From the IMG/VR virus record IMGVR_UViG_3300007512_000001, positions 1-64,000 of that record: DNA of 64,000 nt; one strand, 5' to 3'. Positions 1 to 9,074 of this stretch are shown here, one piece after another. How positions within the stretch are numbered: position 1 is the stretch's first letter; every line of letters starts with the position of its first letter. This DNA comes from a virus. The translations under genes and the position numbers were made by a program. The notes beneath the pieces are model-generated. The model saw only the letters and a list, made by a program, of their open reading frames with translations, made no database searches and was not told the origin of the DNA.

Positions 1-144
1 AGGTGTATCCTTGTTGGCATGATGCTGTGTGTCATAAGAAAGGTATACATAAAATTTTTACTGAATGTGATCCGATGGTTCTTCCCATCGACAATTCAGT
101 ATAAAAAAGGAAAAATGAAACCGTTATTTGCATAAGGAGCGACC

Positions 145-450
145 ATGCCTACTACTGCCAACGAAATCATTAATGACGTTTGGATTGAAGGTGGCTATAC
201 TGTTCGCTGGAAATCAAATAACAAAGTTCCGCCCAAGGAGTGTATGGATATGCTTCTTGAAGCGAACTTGATCACAGACACAACCTACAACTGGTCTGCT
301 CGCTCTCGTGACTACGAGATGAAGAAAGAGATTCAGAAGTATGTCGAGTGGCGTATGGCAACACCGTATACTGAAGAAGAACTGGTTGAGATCCGTGCCA
401 ACTTAGGCGAGGATGCGGTTGATGCTCTCACAGGACAAAAAATTGGATAA
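145..450 (+). CDS. hypothetical phage protein
   Basis: 101-aa ORF, GGAG RBS upstream, coupled to the next gene. Confidence 0.7.
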   Translation: MPTTANEIINDVWIEGGYTVRWKSNNKVPPKECMDMLLEANLITDTTYNWSARSRDYEMKKEIQKYVEWRMATPYTEEELVEIRANLGEDAVDALTGQKIG

Positions 451-1303
451 CAAGATTAGGAACAGAGTCGTGCTACAAGTTGGTGACAGTCGTGGTCAAA
501 ATCCCGTAAGCGCATATAAGATCTACAAAGGTCTTAGAACTAAAGAGCATTTACTTGATACGCGAATGTGTATTGAGTTAGCCGCCGCGGCGTATCGCAA
601 GAACGGCATGCAACATGTCAAGAGTAGTGACACCTATATGGCTTATGTCAATAGGCGCCACTCGCAAGTGATCACTGATCCACACACTGGATTGATTGAA
701 GCCGCCGGGAAGGTTAAGAACTTTCTTGCTAACAGGGACCATATGGTTTATGCCATATATGATATTTTAGATGGTGCAGACAAAGGCAAGTATATCAAGA
801 AAAAAGACATTGAACTTGCTGACAGCATGATCGAATACTTCAAAGGTCTGCTATTTAAGCAGTTGGCTGGCACTCTTAGCGAATTCAACGAAAAGGTGCT
901 TAAATTGATCAACACCGAGTCTATTCCAGTAGTTGATCTTGGACTCGTGTCTGCTTTGCCCAAGGCATACTTCTCAAGCATTCAGTGGGACAAACAGGCT
1001 GAATACGAACGTGAGTTGGCTGAAACCAGTGACTACTCCGGTACACTCCATAAACGTTGTGAGTTTACTCTCTCAGTCATCTCCAAACGTTTTATTCCGA
1101 AACACAGTTCACACGTTGTCACAAGCAGAGACGAAGACGGCAATTTAGTAAAGTTCTTTATTGGTGGCTATAATAATCTTTCATGTGAAGTAGGCGATAT
1201 AATGGAAGTTACGGCATACGTCAAGTCACATGAAGTGAGTAAGTTCAACGGCGCAAAGGAGACTGTAATCAACAGAATAAAAATAATAGATCCTCATGTA
1301 TAA
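413..1303 (+). CDS. hypothetical protein with probable C-terminal OB-fold (true start possibly TTG at 443)
   Basis: 296-aa ORF; C-terminal pattern VVTSRDEDGNLVKFF...VGDIMEVTAYVKSH...ETVINRIK resembles an OB fold. Confidence 0.6.
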   Translation: MRLMLSQDKKLDNKIRNRVVLQVGDSRGQNPVSAYKIYKGLRTKEHLLDTRMCIELAAAAYRKNGMQHVKSSDTYMAYVNRRHSQVITDPHTGLIEAAGKVKNFLANRDHMVYAIYDILDGADKGKYIKKKDIELADSMIEYFKGLLFKQLAGTLSEFNEKVLKLINTESIPVVDLGLVSALPKAYFSSIQWDKQAEYERELAETSDYSGTLHKRCEFTLSVISKRFIPKHSSHVVTSRDEDGNLVKFFIGGYNNLSCEVGDIMEVTAYVKSHEVSKFNGAKETVINRIKIIDPHV

Positions 1304-1315
1304 TAAATATACTAA

Positions 1316-1978
1316 ATGGATATCAATATACACTTTTGTACGCCTTGTTATGGTGGTCAAATAAGCGAGTCATGCTTTCAAAGTTATATTAAATGGACTG
1401 TATTTGGTATGCAGAACAAGTTAGCATTCCAAATAGACACTTTGAGCAACGAAAGCAATATTAATCGCGGACGCAATAGTTGTGCCGCGAAGTTCCTTAT
1501 GGGTAAGGGCAGTCATCTAATGTTTGTTGATGCAGACATTGGCTGGGCACCAGAGGATATAGTTAAGTTAGTAACATACGATGTAGACGTTGCGTGTGGT
1601 GTATATCCACAAAAGACTATTCCACCCAAGTATGTGGTAAATATCAAAGAGAATGGCGAACGCAAGGGCGACTTAATAGAAGCACATAGCACAGGCACAG
1701 GCTTTATGCTTATTAAACGCCAAGTATTTGAGAAACTAATCGAAGCAGGTGCTACAAAATATCATGACGATATTGGTTTAGGTCCTGAGACAGAATTTCA
1801 ATATGATTTCTTTAATTGTACAGTAGATAAGACTGGGCAGTATTTAACAGAAGATTATAGTTTTTGTAGAAGTGTTCAACAGGCGGGTCTCAAAGTATGG
1901 ATAGATAAGTCTATCGAATTAAGACATACTGGGTTTTGGCATTTTAATGGCGATAACACATTATTATCTAAATTTTAG
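1316..1978 (+). CDS. glycosyltransferase family 2-like (GT-A) protein
   Basis: TPCYGG N-terminus, ESNINRGRN, HLMFVDADIGW (DxD), YLTEDYSFC, ELRHTG. Confidence 0.8.
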   Translation: MDINIHFCTPCYGGQISESCFQSYIKWTVFGMQNKLAFQIDTLSNESNINRGRNSCAAKFLMGKGSHLMFVDADIGWAPEDIVKLVTYDVDVACGVYPQKTIPPKYVVNIKENGERKGDLIEAHSTGTGFMLIKRQVFEKLIEAGATKYHDDIGLGPETEFQYDFFNCTVDKTGQYLTEDYSFCRSVQQAGLKVWIDKSIELRHTGFWHFNGDNTLLSKF

Positions 1979-1995
1979 ATAAATATTGCTACATT

Positions 1996-2031
1996 CCAAT
2001 TTTATAATTATAAAATTGGTTTTCGCGAAAA
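1996..2031. repeat. two adjacent perfect palindromes (24 + 12 bp)
   Basis: CCAATTTTATAATTATAAAATTGG; TTTTCGCGAAAA. Confidence 0.9.
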
Positions 2032-2049
2032 ACAATAAAGGAACATAGA

Positions 2050-2604
2050 ATGAGCAATATCGGATTTACGTTTAGTAAGGAATCTACAAATGATTCCATG
2101 AAAATTGCAATTTATAAAGACGATCTTCTTAAAGAAGATATTCTAGAAGTTAACGAAGTTCAACCTGATTCTAATCCACTATTAGTATCTGTAACAGACG
2201 GCTATTTAAATGAAGATGACGATGCAAGTACTCACACACTCAAATTACGTTTAGAAGCAGTTGCTAAGACAGATGATGAGGCCGGATTCGAACAAAACGT
2301 TACTGCCTTATTCAACCAAATTCAAATCGACGGATGTATATGTGACGAATCAAACGACTTTCTTAAAGAACACGTAAAAGTATATAATCGATTAACAGAC
2401 GCGGCTGCGTCTGGTATTGTCGAAGGCAGCATCACTAGCGAAAGCACAGGCACTTATGACCTAGGATTGGGGGATGGCTCGCAAGTATACTACGTCACGG
2501 GTCCCTGGGCAAATGCAGGCTGGATGACAGAAGAATCAATACTTGTTTTAACATATGAAGGCAACTTCACAACCTGGTTCGCGGGACTTGGTTACTTCGA
2601 ATAA
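2050..2604 (+). CDS. acidic hypothetical protein, possibly a virion component
   Basis: 184-aa ORF with AAGGA RBS and an upstream TAAATA (1980-1985). Confidence 0.65.
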   Translation: MSNIGFTFSKESTNDSMKIAIYKDDLLKEDILEVNEVQPDSNPLLVSVTDGYLNEDDDASTHTLKLRLEAVAKTDDEAGFEQNVTALFNQIQIDGCICDESNDFLKEHVKVYNRLTDAAASGIVEGSITSESTGTYDLGLGDGSQVYYVTGPWANAGWMTEESILVLTYEGNFTTWFAGLGYFE

Positions 2605-2694
2605 TCAAATACTAAACAACAAACGTAAAGACATAGCATTAATAATGCTATGTCTTTTTTTCATTGGTATAAATTTCAATTTATAAATAGTAAT

Positions 2695-3291
2695 ATGACA
2701 ATAGAAACAATCCCTATTAAAGTATATTTTGAATTAACAGATTACATAGATGGTACTTTACCACTTCCTAGGTGTACTATAAAAATTAATGGAAAGATTG
2801 TAGCAGACAATGAAGAATTAGATAACCCTGATAACGAAACTATTAGTTGGCAGTCAGATAAAAAAATATCTATAAAAACCTTCAATGTTGACTTAGATGA
2901 TGACATAGAAAGCGATAACTTAATAGAAATCATTAGTATGTCTAACCGAGAAGACATTTGGGATTTACTGCCTGAAGATCCAGATTTGCCAGGCGGTAGA
3001 ATAGACTACGGATTTTTCATTAAAGATATAGAACTAAATGACATATCTATTGAATCTTTGCTATATCAGCACGGAAATTTAAAAACCATAGTGTGTCCTG
3101 AATCTGAATTTGAGACACACGGATTCATAGACTATATTCGAAGTGTTGATTTACTTAATGAGGTTACCATTGACAATGGCATGTGTGTATGGAGTACGCA
3201 CGGTGATTATCTTTCTGCAGATAATATGACCTATTCTTTTAAATTTAAAACACCATTATACCTTTGGTTATTGGAATTGCTCTTGCAATAA
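2695..3291 (+). CDS. hypothetical protein, paralogue 1 of the FKF(K/R)TP(L/F)YxW family
   Basis: ATG 2695 follows TATAAATA (2682-2689); C-terminus YSFKFKTPLYLW. Confidence 0.7.
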   Translation: MTIETIPIKVYFELTDYIDGTLPLPRCTIKINGKIVADNEELDNPDNETISWQSDKKISIKTFNVDLDDDIESDNLIEIISMSNREDIWDLLPEDPDLPGGRIDYGFFIKDIELNDISIESLLYQHGNLKTIVCPESEFETHGFIDYIRSVDLLNEVTIDNGMCVWSTHGDYLSADNMTYSFKFKTPLYLWLLELLLQ

Positions 3292-3292
3292 A

Positions 3293-4126
3293 ATGATTAA
3301 ACCCCGTATAGATATTGAATATACGTGTCCTTCATCCGTTAAACCAAGTTGGAATACATATCTATTAGATTCTAATCGCAACAAAATATCAGAAAGTTGC
3401 ATCATATCCGATCGTTCAGAAACTACAGCACTTTTGGAAGCATCGATAGATGATAGTATAGATACTGAATATACGTTAGTATTAGAACTTTACGCAAGCG
3501 AAATAGAAGGAATAGATATATGTAACTTATGTATTAACGATATAGATCTTAATGATTTAATACACAGACGCAGCCACGTATATGCAAATTGCACAGATGA
3601 TCCGAATTATATCTTACAACTTATCAATGATGAACGATTTAGTGTGCATATGCTTCCGCACGAAGTTAATAAAGAACAAAAAAATTATAGATTATTAAGT
3701 TATAGACACAATAAAATAACTGGTAATACTCCTAAAGTTTTTAATAATAGAACTAACGAGTTTACAGAGTATACTGGTTACCTTTTAACAGATAATAATT
3801 ATGTTATTAAAGGTACTGAACTTTATTACGATTGTACTGATGATCTTTGTTTCATTGTTAAACATACAAATAATGAAAATTTATATGTCGAAGGGGAATT
3901 GTATGTGCCAGAACATAGTTACTTAGGAGGGGTGTACGAGCCAAAGTTTACTTATACTGGGTCTGGCAAAGCAGAAAATCTTTTAAATTTTATACATAAT
4001 AAAAAACTTATACACCATATTCCAAACAGCTCTTGTTTAAGTATGCCCGGAAGATGGGAATTTAAGTTTAGAACTCCTTTATACTCTTGGATTACAGATA
4101 ATATTTTTGGTGATGATCTAACTTAA
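3293..4126 (+). CDS. hypothetical protein, paralogue 2
   Basis: 277 aa; IDLNDLIHRR, GRWEFKFRTPLYSW. Confidence 0.75.
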   Translation: MIKPRIDIEYTCPSSVKPSWNTYLLDSNRNKISESCIISDRSETTALLEASIDDSIDTEYTLVLELYASEIEGIDICNLCINDIDLNDLIHRRSHVYANCTDDPNYILQLINDERFSVHMLPHEVNKEQKNYRLLSYRHNKITGNTPKVFNNRTNEFTEYTGYLLTDNNYVIKGTELYYDCTDDLCFIVKHTNNENLYVEGELYVPEHSYLGGVYEPKFTYTGSGKAENLLNFIHNKKLIHHIPNSSCLSMPGRWEFKFRTPLYSWITDNIFGDDLT

Positions 4127-4141
4127 ATTATATGCTACTAT

Positions 4142-4176
4142 TTTAAAATTCAATTGAATTTTAAATATACGTATAT
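4142..4176. repeat. two adjacent perfect palindromes (24 + 12 bp)
   Basis: TTTAAAATTCAATTGAATTTTAAA; ATATACGTATAT. Confidence 0.9.
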
Positions 4177-4190
4177 ATTTTTGTGGATCA

Positions 4191-4943
4191 ATGGAGATAG
4201 AGATAGGAGTCGACTATAAGTATAATTCAGAAAAAACACCAAATGTAACATTTTATCTATTAGATAGTAACGGAAATATTCCTGATTACAATCATAAACT
4301 AAACGTCAATAATAAATTACAAGAAAAGTTTAATTTTAATGTACTTATTGACCAAAAAAAGGAAGAAAATTATACGTTAGTCGTTGAGCATTCAAACGGC
4401 ATATATCCTGACGACTATTTAAATGGTGACTTTGGTATAGACATAACGTCTTTGTATATGGATGGTGTTGATTTATTAGATCTTATACACAGAAGAGGAA
4501 CCGCGTATTTAGACTGTACACGGGATCCATTTTATCTAATTAATCAGATTAATAATGAAAAATTTTCTGTTGAAATTTTACCTACTGAGTTTGATAAATT
4601 TAAAAAAAATTACCATATATTAAATTACAGACATAGTGGAGTTAAGGGACTCAATCCATATACGTATAATAGAGAAAAAGAAGAAAAAGAATTTATAGAA
4701 GGTGTTTTTATTTCAAATTGTGGGACAAAATATATTAAAGATGGACAATTATATTATATCTGTAGCGATGATATACACTTTATTGCTGATAATTCAAACA
4801 ATAAAGATGTGTTTGTTAAGGAAGGAAAACTTATGCATCGAGTTTCTAAGAGTGCATGTTTAAATTTAAACGGAAGATGGGAGTTTAAATTTAAAACACC
4901 TTTTTATGGATGGGTTGTTGACAACATATTTGGTAACGATTAG
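4191..4943 (+). CDS. hypothetical protein, paralogue 3
   Basis: 250 aa; VDLLDLIHRR, GRWEFKFKTPFYGW; aligns with 3293..4126 along its length. Confidence 0.75.
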   Translation: MEIEIGVDYKYNSEKTPNVTFYLLDSNGNIPDYNHKLNVNNKLQEKFNFNVLIDQKKEENYTLVVEHSNGIYPDDYLNGDFGIDITSLYMDGVDLLDLIHRRGTAYLDCTRDPFYLINQINNEKFSVEILPTEFDKFKKNYHILNYRHSGVKGLNPYTYNREKEEKEFIEGVFISNCGTKYIKDGQLYYICSDDIHFIADNSNNKDVFVKEGKLMHRVSKSACLNLNGRWEFKFKTPFYGWVVDNIFGND

Positions 4944-6055
4944 CGGCCAATAGTATTTTTCTCATAAACAGAATTATGAGTTTGTGCGCAACGCACAAAC
5001 GTAGTGCATTTAGATAACTGTTTAAGTTTCCTAGCACCAGCATATGTACAAGTGCTACGAATGCCACCTAATATATCTTGTACAGTATTAGCAACAGGGC
5101 CGCGATACGGCACTAATACTTCACGCCCTTCGGAAGATCTATACTCTTTTAATCCACCAAAGTGTTTATTATTGGCGGCCTGTGAACTCATGCCATAAAA
5201 TTGTACAAACTGTTTCTTTTCCTCTACGTATCTAATATTTGCTGTTATTCCGCGCGGAGCAATTTCGTCTGTTCTATATGTTTTAGTAATAATCTTGCCT
5301 TCACCTTCATCGTGCCCGGCAAGCATGCCGCCCAACATTACGAAATCTGACCCCCCTGCGAACGCTTTCGCAATGTCACCAGGGCTATTGCATCCCCCAT
5401 CAGCAATAATATGCCCGCCAAGCCCATGAGCCGCGTCTGCACATTCAATAATAGAACTAAGCTGAGGGTAGCCAACCCCAGTCTGGAGGCGAGTAGTACA
5501 TACACTGCCAGGACCAATTCCAACTTTAATAATATCCGCTCCATTTAATAATAACTCCTCTGTCATTTCTCCAGTCACTACGTTACCGGCAATAATTGTT
5601 ACTGTTGGGTATTCATCTCTAAACTTCTTTACAAACTCACTAAAACGTTCTGAGTACCCATTTGCGACGTCAATACAGACATAACGCACATCAGTAGCAT
5701 TTCTAACTTCACGCCATTTTTCCAAATCTGTATCAGCAATGCCTATGCTCATTGCTACAGAGTTTAATCTTTTATAGTTTTGTGTGTCTTTAAAATACTC
5801 TATAAGTTCCTTTGCACTATAAGTCTTGACAAGACAAGTGAATAAGTTTAACTCTGTAAGTTTGTCAGCCATAGTAAATGTGCCAACACCATCCATGTTA
5901 GCCGCCATGATTGGAATACTGCCAAACTTCCAACCACTATTTCTAAATACAAATTTTCTATTTAAACTTACTTCTTTGCGGGATCCTAGCGTTGAACGCT
6001 TAGGACGAATAAGGACATCTTTAAAATCTAATTTAATATCTTCTTCCAGGCGCAT
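4940..6055 (-). CDS. guaC: GMP reductase
   Basis: MRLEEDIKLDFKDVLIRPKRSTL, KVGIGPGSVCTTR, IIADGG, FYGMSS, YRSSEG motifs of GuaC. Confidence 0.95.
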   Translation of the reverse strand: MRLEEDIKLDFKDVLIRPKRSTLGSRKEVSLNRKFVFRNSGWKFGSIPIMAANMDGVGTFTMADKLTELNLFTCLVKTYSAKELIEYFKDTQNYKRLNSVAMSIGIADTDLEKWREVRNATDVRYVCIDVANGYSERFSEFVKKFRDEYPTVTIIAGNVVTGEMTEELLLNGADIIKVGIGPGSVCTTRLQTGVGYPQLSSIIECADAAHGLGGHIIADGGCNSPGDIAKAFAGGSDFVMLGGMLAGHDEGEGKIITKTYRTDEIAPRGITANIRYVEEKKQFVQFYGMSSQAANNKHFGGLKEYRSSEGREVLVPYRGPVANTVQDILGGIRSTCTYAGARKLKQLSKCTTFVRCAQTHNSVYEKNTIGR

Positions 6056-6705
6056 TATTTCTTTTCCTTACAGTTATCAAAATGCCACCTAATCATTGCG
6101 TTACTTTTTCCTTCTTTACCGCAATGAGGACAAACGTGAGTAGGTTGAGGTTTGCCTTTATTTGCTTTGCCTATTTTATTTTTTGTTTCTTCTGAACGTT
6201 TTGTTCCTAACATACGTTGTCTTGCGTTTTCTCTAAACTCATCAGTACGCTTTTTTCCTTTAAACTTTTGTCTTGCATGTTCAGCATATTGCTCTTTGCG
6301 TTCCGAGTTTTCTCTCCAAAACTGTTTCATTGATTCTGAACGTCTTTCTAATTCTTCTTTAGAAGGCTTTCTTCCTTTTGCTTTTTCAGACATAAGTTTT
6401 TTTGCTTCTTCTGTATGATGTTTTATACCGTGAGATATAGGACTTGCATTGTATCCGTTATTAAAACTATCAAACTTTTCTATATAAAACTCTTCTCTTT
6501 TGTCTATTATAGTACCATCAGCTTTTTCAAGCAAGTCTATTTTAAAATTTTCAATTCCATGTTTTTTCATAGCTTTGTATAACTTTTTTTCTATACCTTG
6601 CTTACAATCTCTAACATGCCAATTATAACGTTCTTCAATACTGTAAGAAGTAATGCCTATATAAACCTTATCGTTTATAGTGTTGCTGATTTTATAAACA
6701 AACAT
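6055..6705 (-). mobile_element. free-standing GIY-YIG homing endonuclease with NUMOD3-type DNA-binding repeats
   Basis: VYKISNTINDKVYIGIT, REEFYI, GYN motifs; HTEEAKKLMSE / RSEETKNKIG repeats; C-terminal CPHC; stop overlaps the guaC ATG (TAATG). Confidence 0.9.
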
Positions 6706-6738
6706 AATATTCTCCTACTATGTTTATTTATCTCTTTA

Positions 6739-6774
6739 TCAACTCTTATAAGCATTATCTTCTTCAATTCTCAT
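6739..6774 (-). pseudogene. orphaned original 5' end of guaC (MRIEED then stop)
   Basis: ATG AGA ATT GAA GAA GAT = MRIEED, the canonical GuaC N-terminus, directly after a TTGACT-17-TATAAT promoter and upstream of the endonuclease. Confidence 0.75.
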
Positions 6775-6781
6775 AACATAT

Positions 6782-6810
6782 ATTATATATGCTAGGGTAA
6801 AATAAGTCAA
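6782..6810 (-). promoter_or_regulatory. sigma70-type promoter for the guaC/endonuclease unit
   Basis: TTGACT-17-TATAAT on the minus strand. Confidence 0.8.
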
Positions 6811-6822
6811 TAGTATTTTGAA

Positions 6823-6830
6823 TATAAATA
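6823..6830 (+). promoter_or_regulatory. T4-type late promoter
   Basis: TATAAATA ending at 6830, ATG at 6837; similar TAAATA at 1304, 1980, 2682, 9051, 28220. Confidence 0.65.
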
Positions 6831-6836
6831 CATAAT

Positions 6837-7442
6837 ATGAAAGTTAGTGACTTAGCAAGCAAAGTGGGCAGTGCTTTACTTAAAACTAGAAAGAGCGGCC
6901 AAACGAAACACCGAGGAAGGAAGTATAAGATTGGTTATACTCCTGACGGCCTATCCTATAAAAAATATATTCAAGACGTATATGAAGGATTAGACGATTT
7001 ACCTGATGTACTATTTCACGTTACTTTCACAAAGAATGTTGACAACATTAAAAAGAAAGGGCTAGAACAGTTCCACCCAAGTAACTGGGTAAAAGGTCCA
7101 GGCGGCTCACGCTATAACGAAGACGCTGGTATATTTGCATTTGACAATCCAGAAGATGCTATTAACTGGGCAAGCAAAATGCGTTTCGACCATGATGCAC
7201 CTATCTCAATTGTAAGACTTACTATAGATCCAGACAATCCCATATGGGATGAAGATCCAGCGCAAGATGCCATCTTGCAAGCAACACTAAAAGGCAGAGC
7301 ATTACGAAGCGGTTCAAACATAAGCGCAGATCGTATTGTAGACGCTATAGACTTGGCAGATTTAGGCACACCGTTAAGTCATGACATGGGCAGAGATGAA
7401 TGGATCTCAAAAGTTGCCACCCCTGCATTAATTGCCAAATAA
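6837..7442 (+). CDS. ADP-ribosyltransferase-fold (Tpt1/DarT-like) domain protein
   Basis: LFHVTFTKNVDNIKKKGL (HxT..N..I...GL) followed by GIFAF and IVRL strands. Confidence 0.55.
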   Translation: MKVSDLASKVGSALLKTRKSGQTKHRGRKYKIGYTPDGLSYKKYIQDVYEGLDDLPDVLFHVTFTKNVDNIKKKGLEQFHPSNWVKGPGGSRYNEDAGIFAFDNPEDAINWASKMRFDHDAPISIVRLTIDPDNPIWDEDPAQDAILQATLKGRALRSGSNISADRIVDAIDLADLGTPLSHDMGRDEWISKVATPALIAK

Positions 7443-7445
7443 ACA

Positions 7446-7474
7446 TTGACAAAAATCAATTCTAACTATATAAT
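7446..7474 (+). promoter_or_regulatory. sigma70 consensus promoter
   Basis: TTGACA-17-TATAAT; ATG at 7481. Confidence 0.85.
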
Positions 7475-7480
7475 ATATGT

Positions 7481-7786
7481 ATGTCGGAAGTGAAAGAATT
7501 ACATTTTTATATCGATAGCGAATGGGATTTCAAACCCCCTGTTATACGCATATGGATAAATGATTTTCTACTAAGTGAGCGGGGAGTTACTCCCAAAAGG
7601 CAGGAAGGGAAATACTTAGATGAAAAAATTATCTTAGTATTAGAACCGGGGAGTTATAAATTAGTAGTGGAAAATATAAAAACCGCTTTAGCAGAAATAC
7701 AATTACATACTATTACGGTCAATGGTTTAAATTTATCATTCAAGACATTTGATGATATTCATTATGAAGCAACACTAGAAGTATAA
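7481..7786 (+). CDS. hypothetical beta-rich protein
   Basis: 101-aa ORF directly after a perfect promoter. Confidence 0.7.
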   Translation: MSEVKELHFYIDSEWDFKPPVIRIWINDFLLSERGVTPKRQEGKYLDEKIILVLEPGSYKLVVENIKTALAEIQLHTITVNGLNLSFKTFDDIHYEATLEV

Positions 7787-8637
7787 TGTTAAAAATAAAA
7801 CTAGAACAAGACTCCAACACTAACTCTTATTATAGGATTAAAATAAATGGAGAACTACTGGATTATGGATTCTTAGAAAACAAAGAAGAGTTATTATGCT
7901 ATAAAGGCATAAAATTCTCAGATAAAGAAAAAACTTATATAAGCATTTCTTGTTCTGACGATAGATTTTTAAGAGTGAACGAAATTAGTTTTTATACATC
8001 TAGAGTAGTATCTTCAAAAGACAGTAAATATAAAAATTGGAATACTGATCATATTGCTAGTGGGGTTGTTGAAAATATTAATGAAGTAATGCAAGGGGAT
8101 TTCAGCAATGTAATCTTATCAGACGCTGTGGGTGGCAATCGAGAGTGGTTTTTTGTTATAGAAATTGATGAAACAATTTCGTTATGGGATCCTGACATTA
8201 GTTGGCGCAATCAGCCGCTACCGCCACCGCCACCGCCACCGCCGCCGCCACCGCCGCCACCGCCACAGGTTCCTGCAGACGAATTTGGTCCACCTAGACC
8301 TGACTCAGAATTCTGCTCTGATGTTTATAAGTTTGACAACGGCATTACATACGACGGTGAATTTCACCGTATAATATTCAATGATAAAACTATTGATATT
8401 ATAGTAGAAGGTTTTGGAAAAATGACTCTTGTTGACAAAACTTTACTAGATGGTGAATTTATAAATGGTAATTTTATTAGCGGAACAAAAACCAATCCAG
8501 ATAAAACAAAAGAAATAGGATATTTCTTAGGAGATAATAATAATATTAGACTTATTAAAGGAATTTATATAGATATAGAAGGACTCTCTCACAAAATTAA
8601 CACCGGGGAACAACATAACAAAGGAGAAAATCAATGA
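7786..8637 (+). CDS. two-domain protein with 15-Pro linker and MORN-like C-terminal repeats
   Basis: P15 run; YDGEF...GFGKMT...LDGEFING repeats. Confidence 0.65.
   Translation: MLKIKLEQDSNTNSYYRIKINGELLDYGFLENKEELLCYKGIKFSDKEKTYISISCSDDRFLRVNEISFYTSRVVSSKDSKYKNWNTDHIASGVVENINEVMQGDFSNVILSDAVGGNREWFFVIEIDETISLWDPDISWRNQPLPPPPPPPPPPPPPPPQVPADEFGPPRPDSEFCSDVYKFDNGITYDGEFHRIIFNDKTIDIIVEGFGKMTLVDKTLLDGEFINGNFISGTKTNPDKTKEIGYFLGDNNNIRLIKGIYIDIEGLSHKINTGEQHNKGENQ
8221..8265 (+). repeat. (CCR)15 trinucleotide repeat encoding polyproline
   Basis: 15 CCG/CCA codons in a row. Confidence 0.95.
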
Positions 8638-8786
8638 ATCTTAAAAGAGAAATGGAAGCGGTGCATGTTAGACTCGATAAACTTGAAAAATCACTAGCGA
8701 GTATATTAAAGGCAACCAAACCAGCAAAAGAAAAAACTACCAAGAAGGTAGCAAAAAAGAAAACATCTAAAAAGGCGGAGGCATAA
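8634..8786 (+). CDS. small Lys-rich protein (50 aa, absent from the ORF track)
   Basis: AAGGAG RBS; MNLKREMEAVHVRLDKLEKSLASILKATKPAKEKTTKKVAKKKTSKKAEA. Confidence 0.75.
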   Translation: MNLKREMEAVHVRLDKLEKSLASILKATKPAKEKTTKKVAKKKTSKKAEA

Positions 8787-8787
8787 A

Positions 8788-9045
8788 ATGGCAGAAACAT
8801 ATACACCAGAAGAAAAAGCACGACTATCCCAATTGGTCAATGAAGGTACTCGAGTACTGCAAGAAGTAGACGACCTTAAAGAAGGACTTAGAGACACTGT
8901 CAAAGCAATTGCTGAAGAAATGAATGTTAAGCCTTCCGTTCTAAATAAAGCAATTCGCACAGCATATAAATCAGACTGGCAAGATCAACTTGCTGATATT
9001 GGTGAACTTGAAGGTATTCTAGAATCAGTCGGAAAAACGCTGTAA
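8788..9045 (+). CDS. T4 DsbA-like double-stranded DNA-binding protein
   Basis: 85-aa helical protein, LKEGLRDTVKAIAEEMNVKPSVLNKAIRTAYK pattern. Confidence 0.65.
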   Translation: MAETYTPEEKARLSQLVNEGTRVLQEVDDLKEGLRDTVKAIAEEMNVKPSVLNKAIRTAYKSDWQDQLADIGELEGILESVGKTL

Positions 9046-9074
9046 ATAACTAAATACTCCAAAGAGGATTTTTA

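Noticed and set aside
6038-6774. Group I intron or intein in guaC
   Set aside because: The cassette is almost entirely the endonuclease ORF, leaving no room for a ribozyme core. The downstream guaC has its own complete start, and there are no intein motifs.
8165-8374. RHRH-rich ORF
   Set aside because: It is an alternate-frame reading of the polyproline (CCR)n tract.
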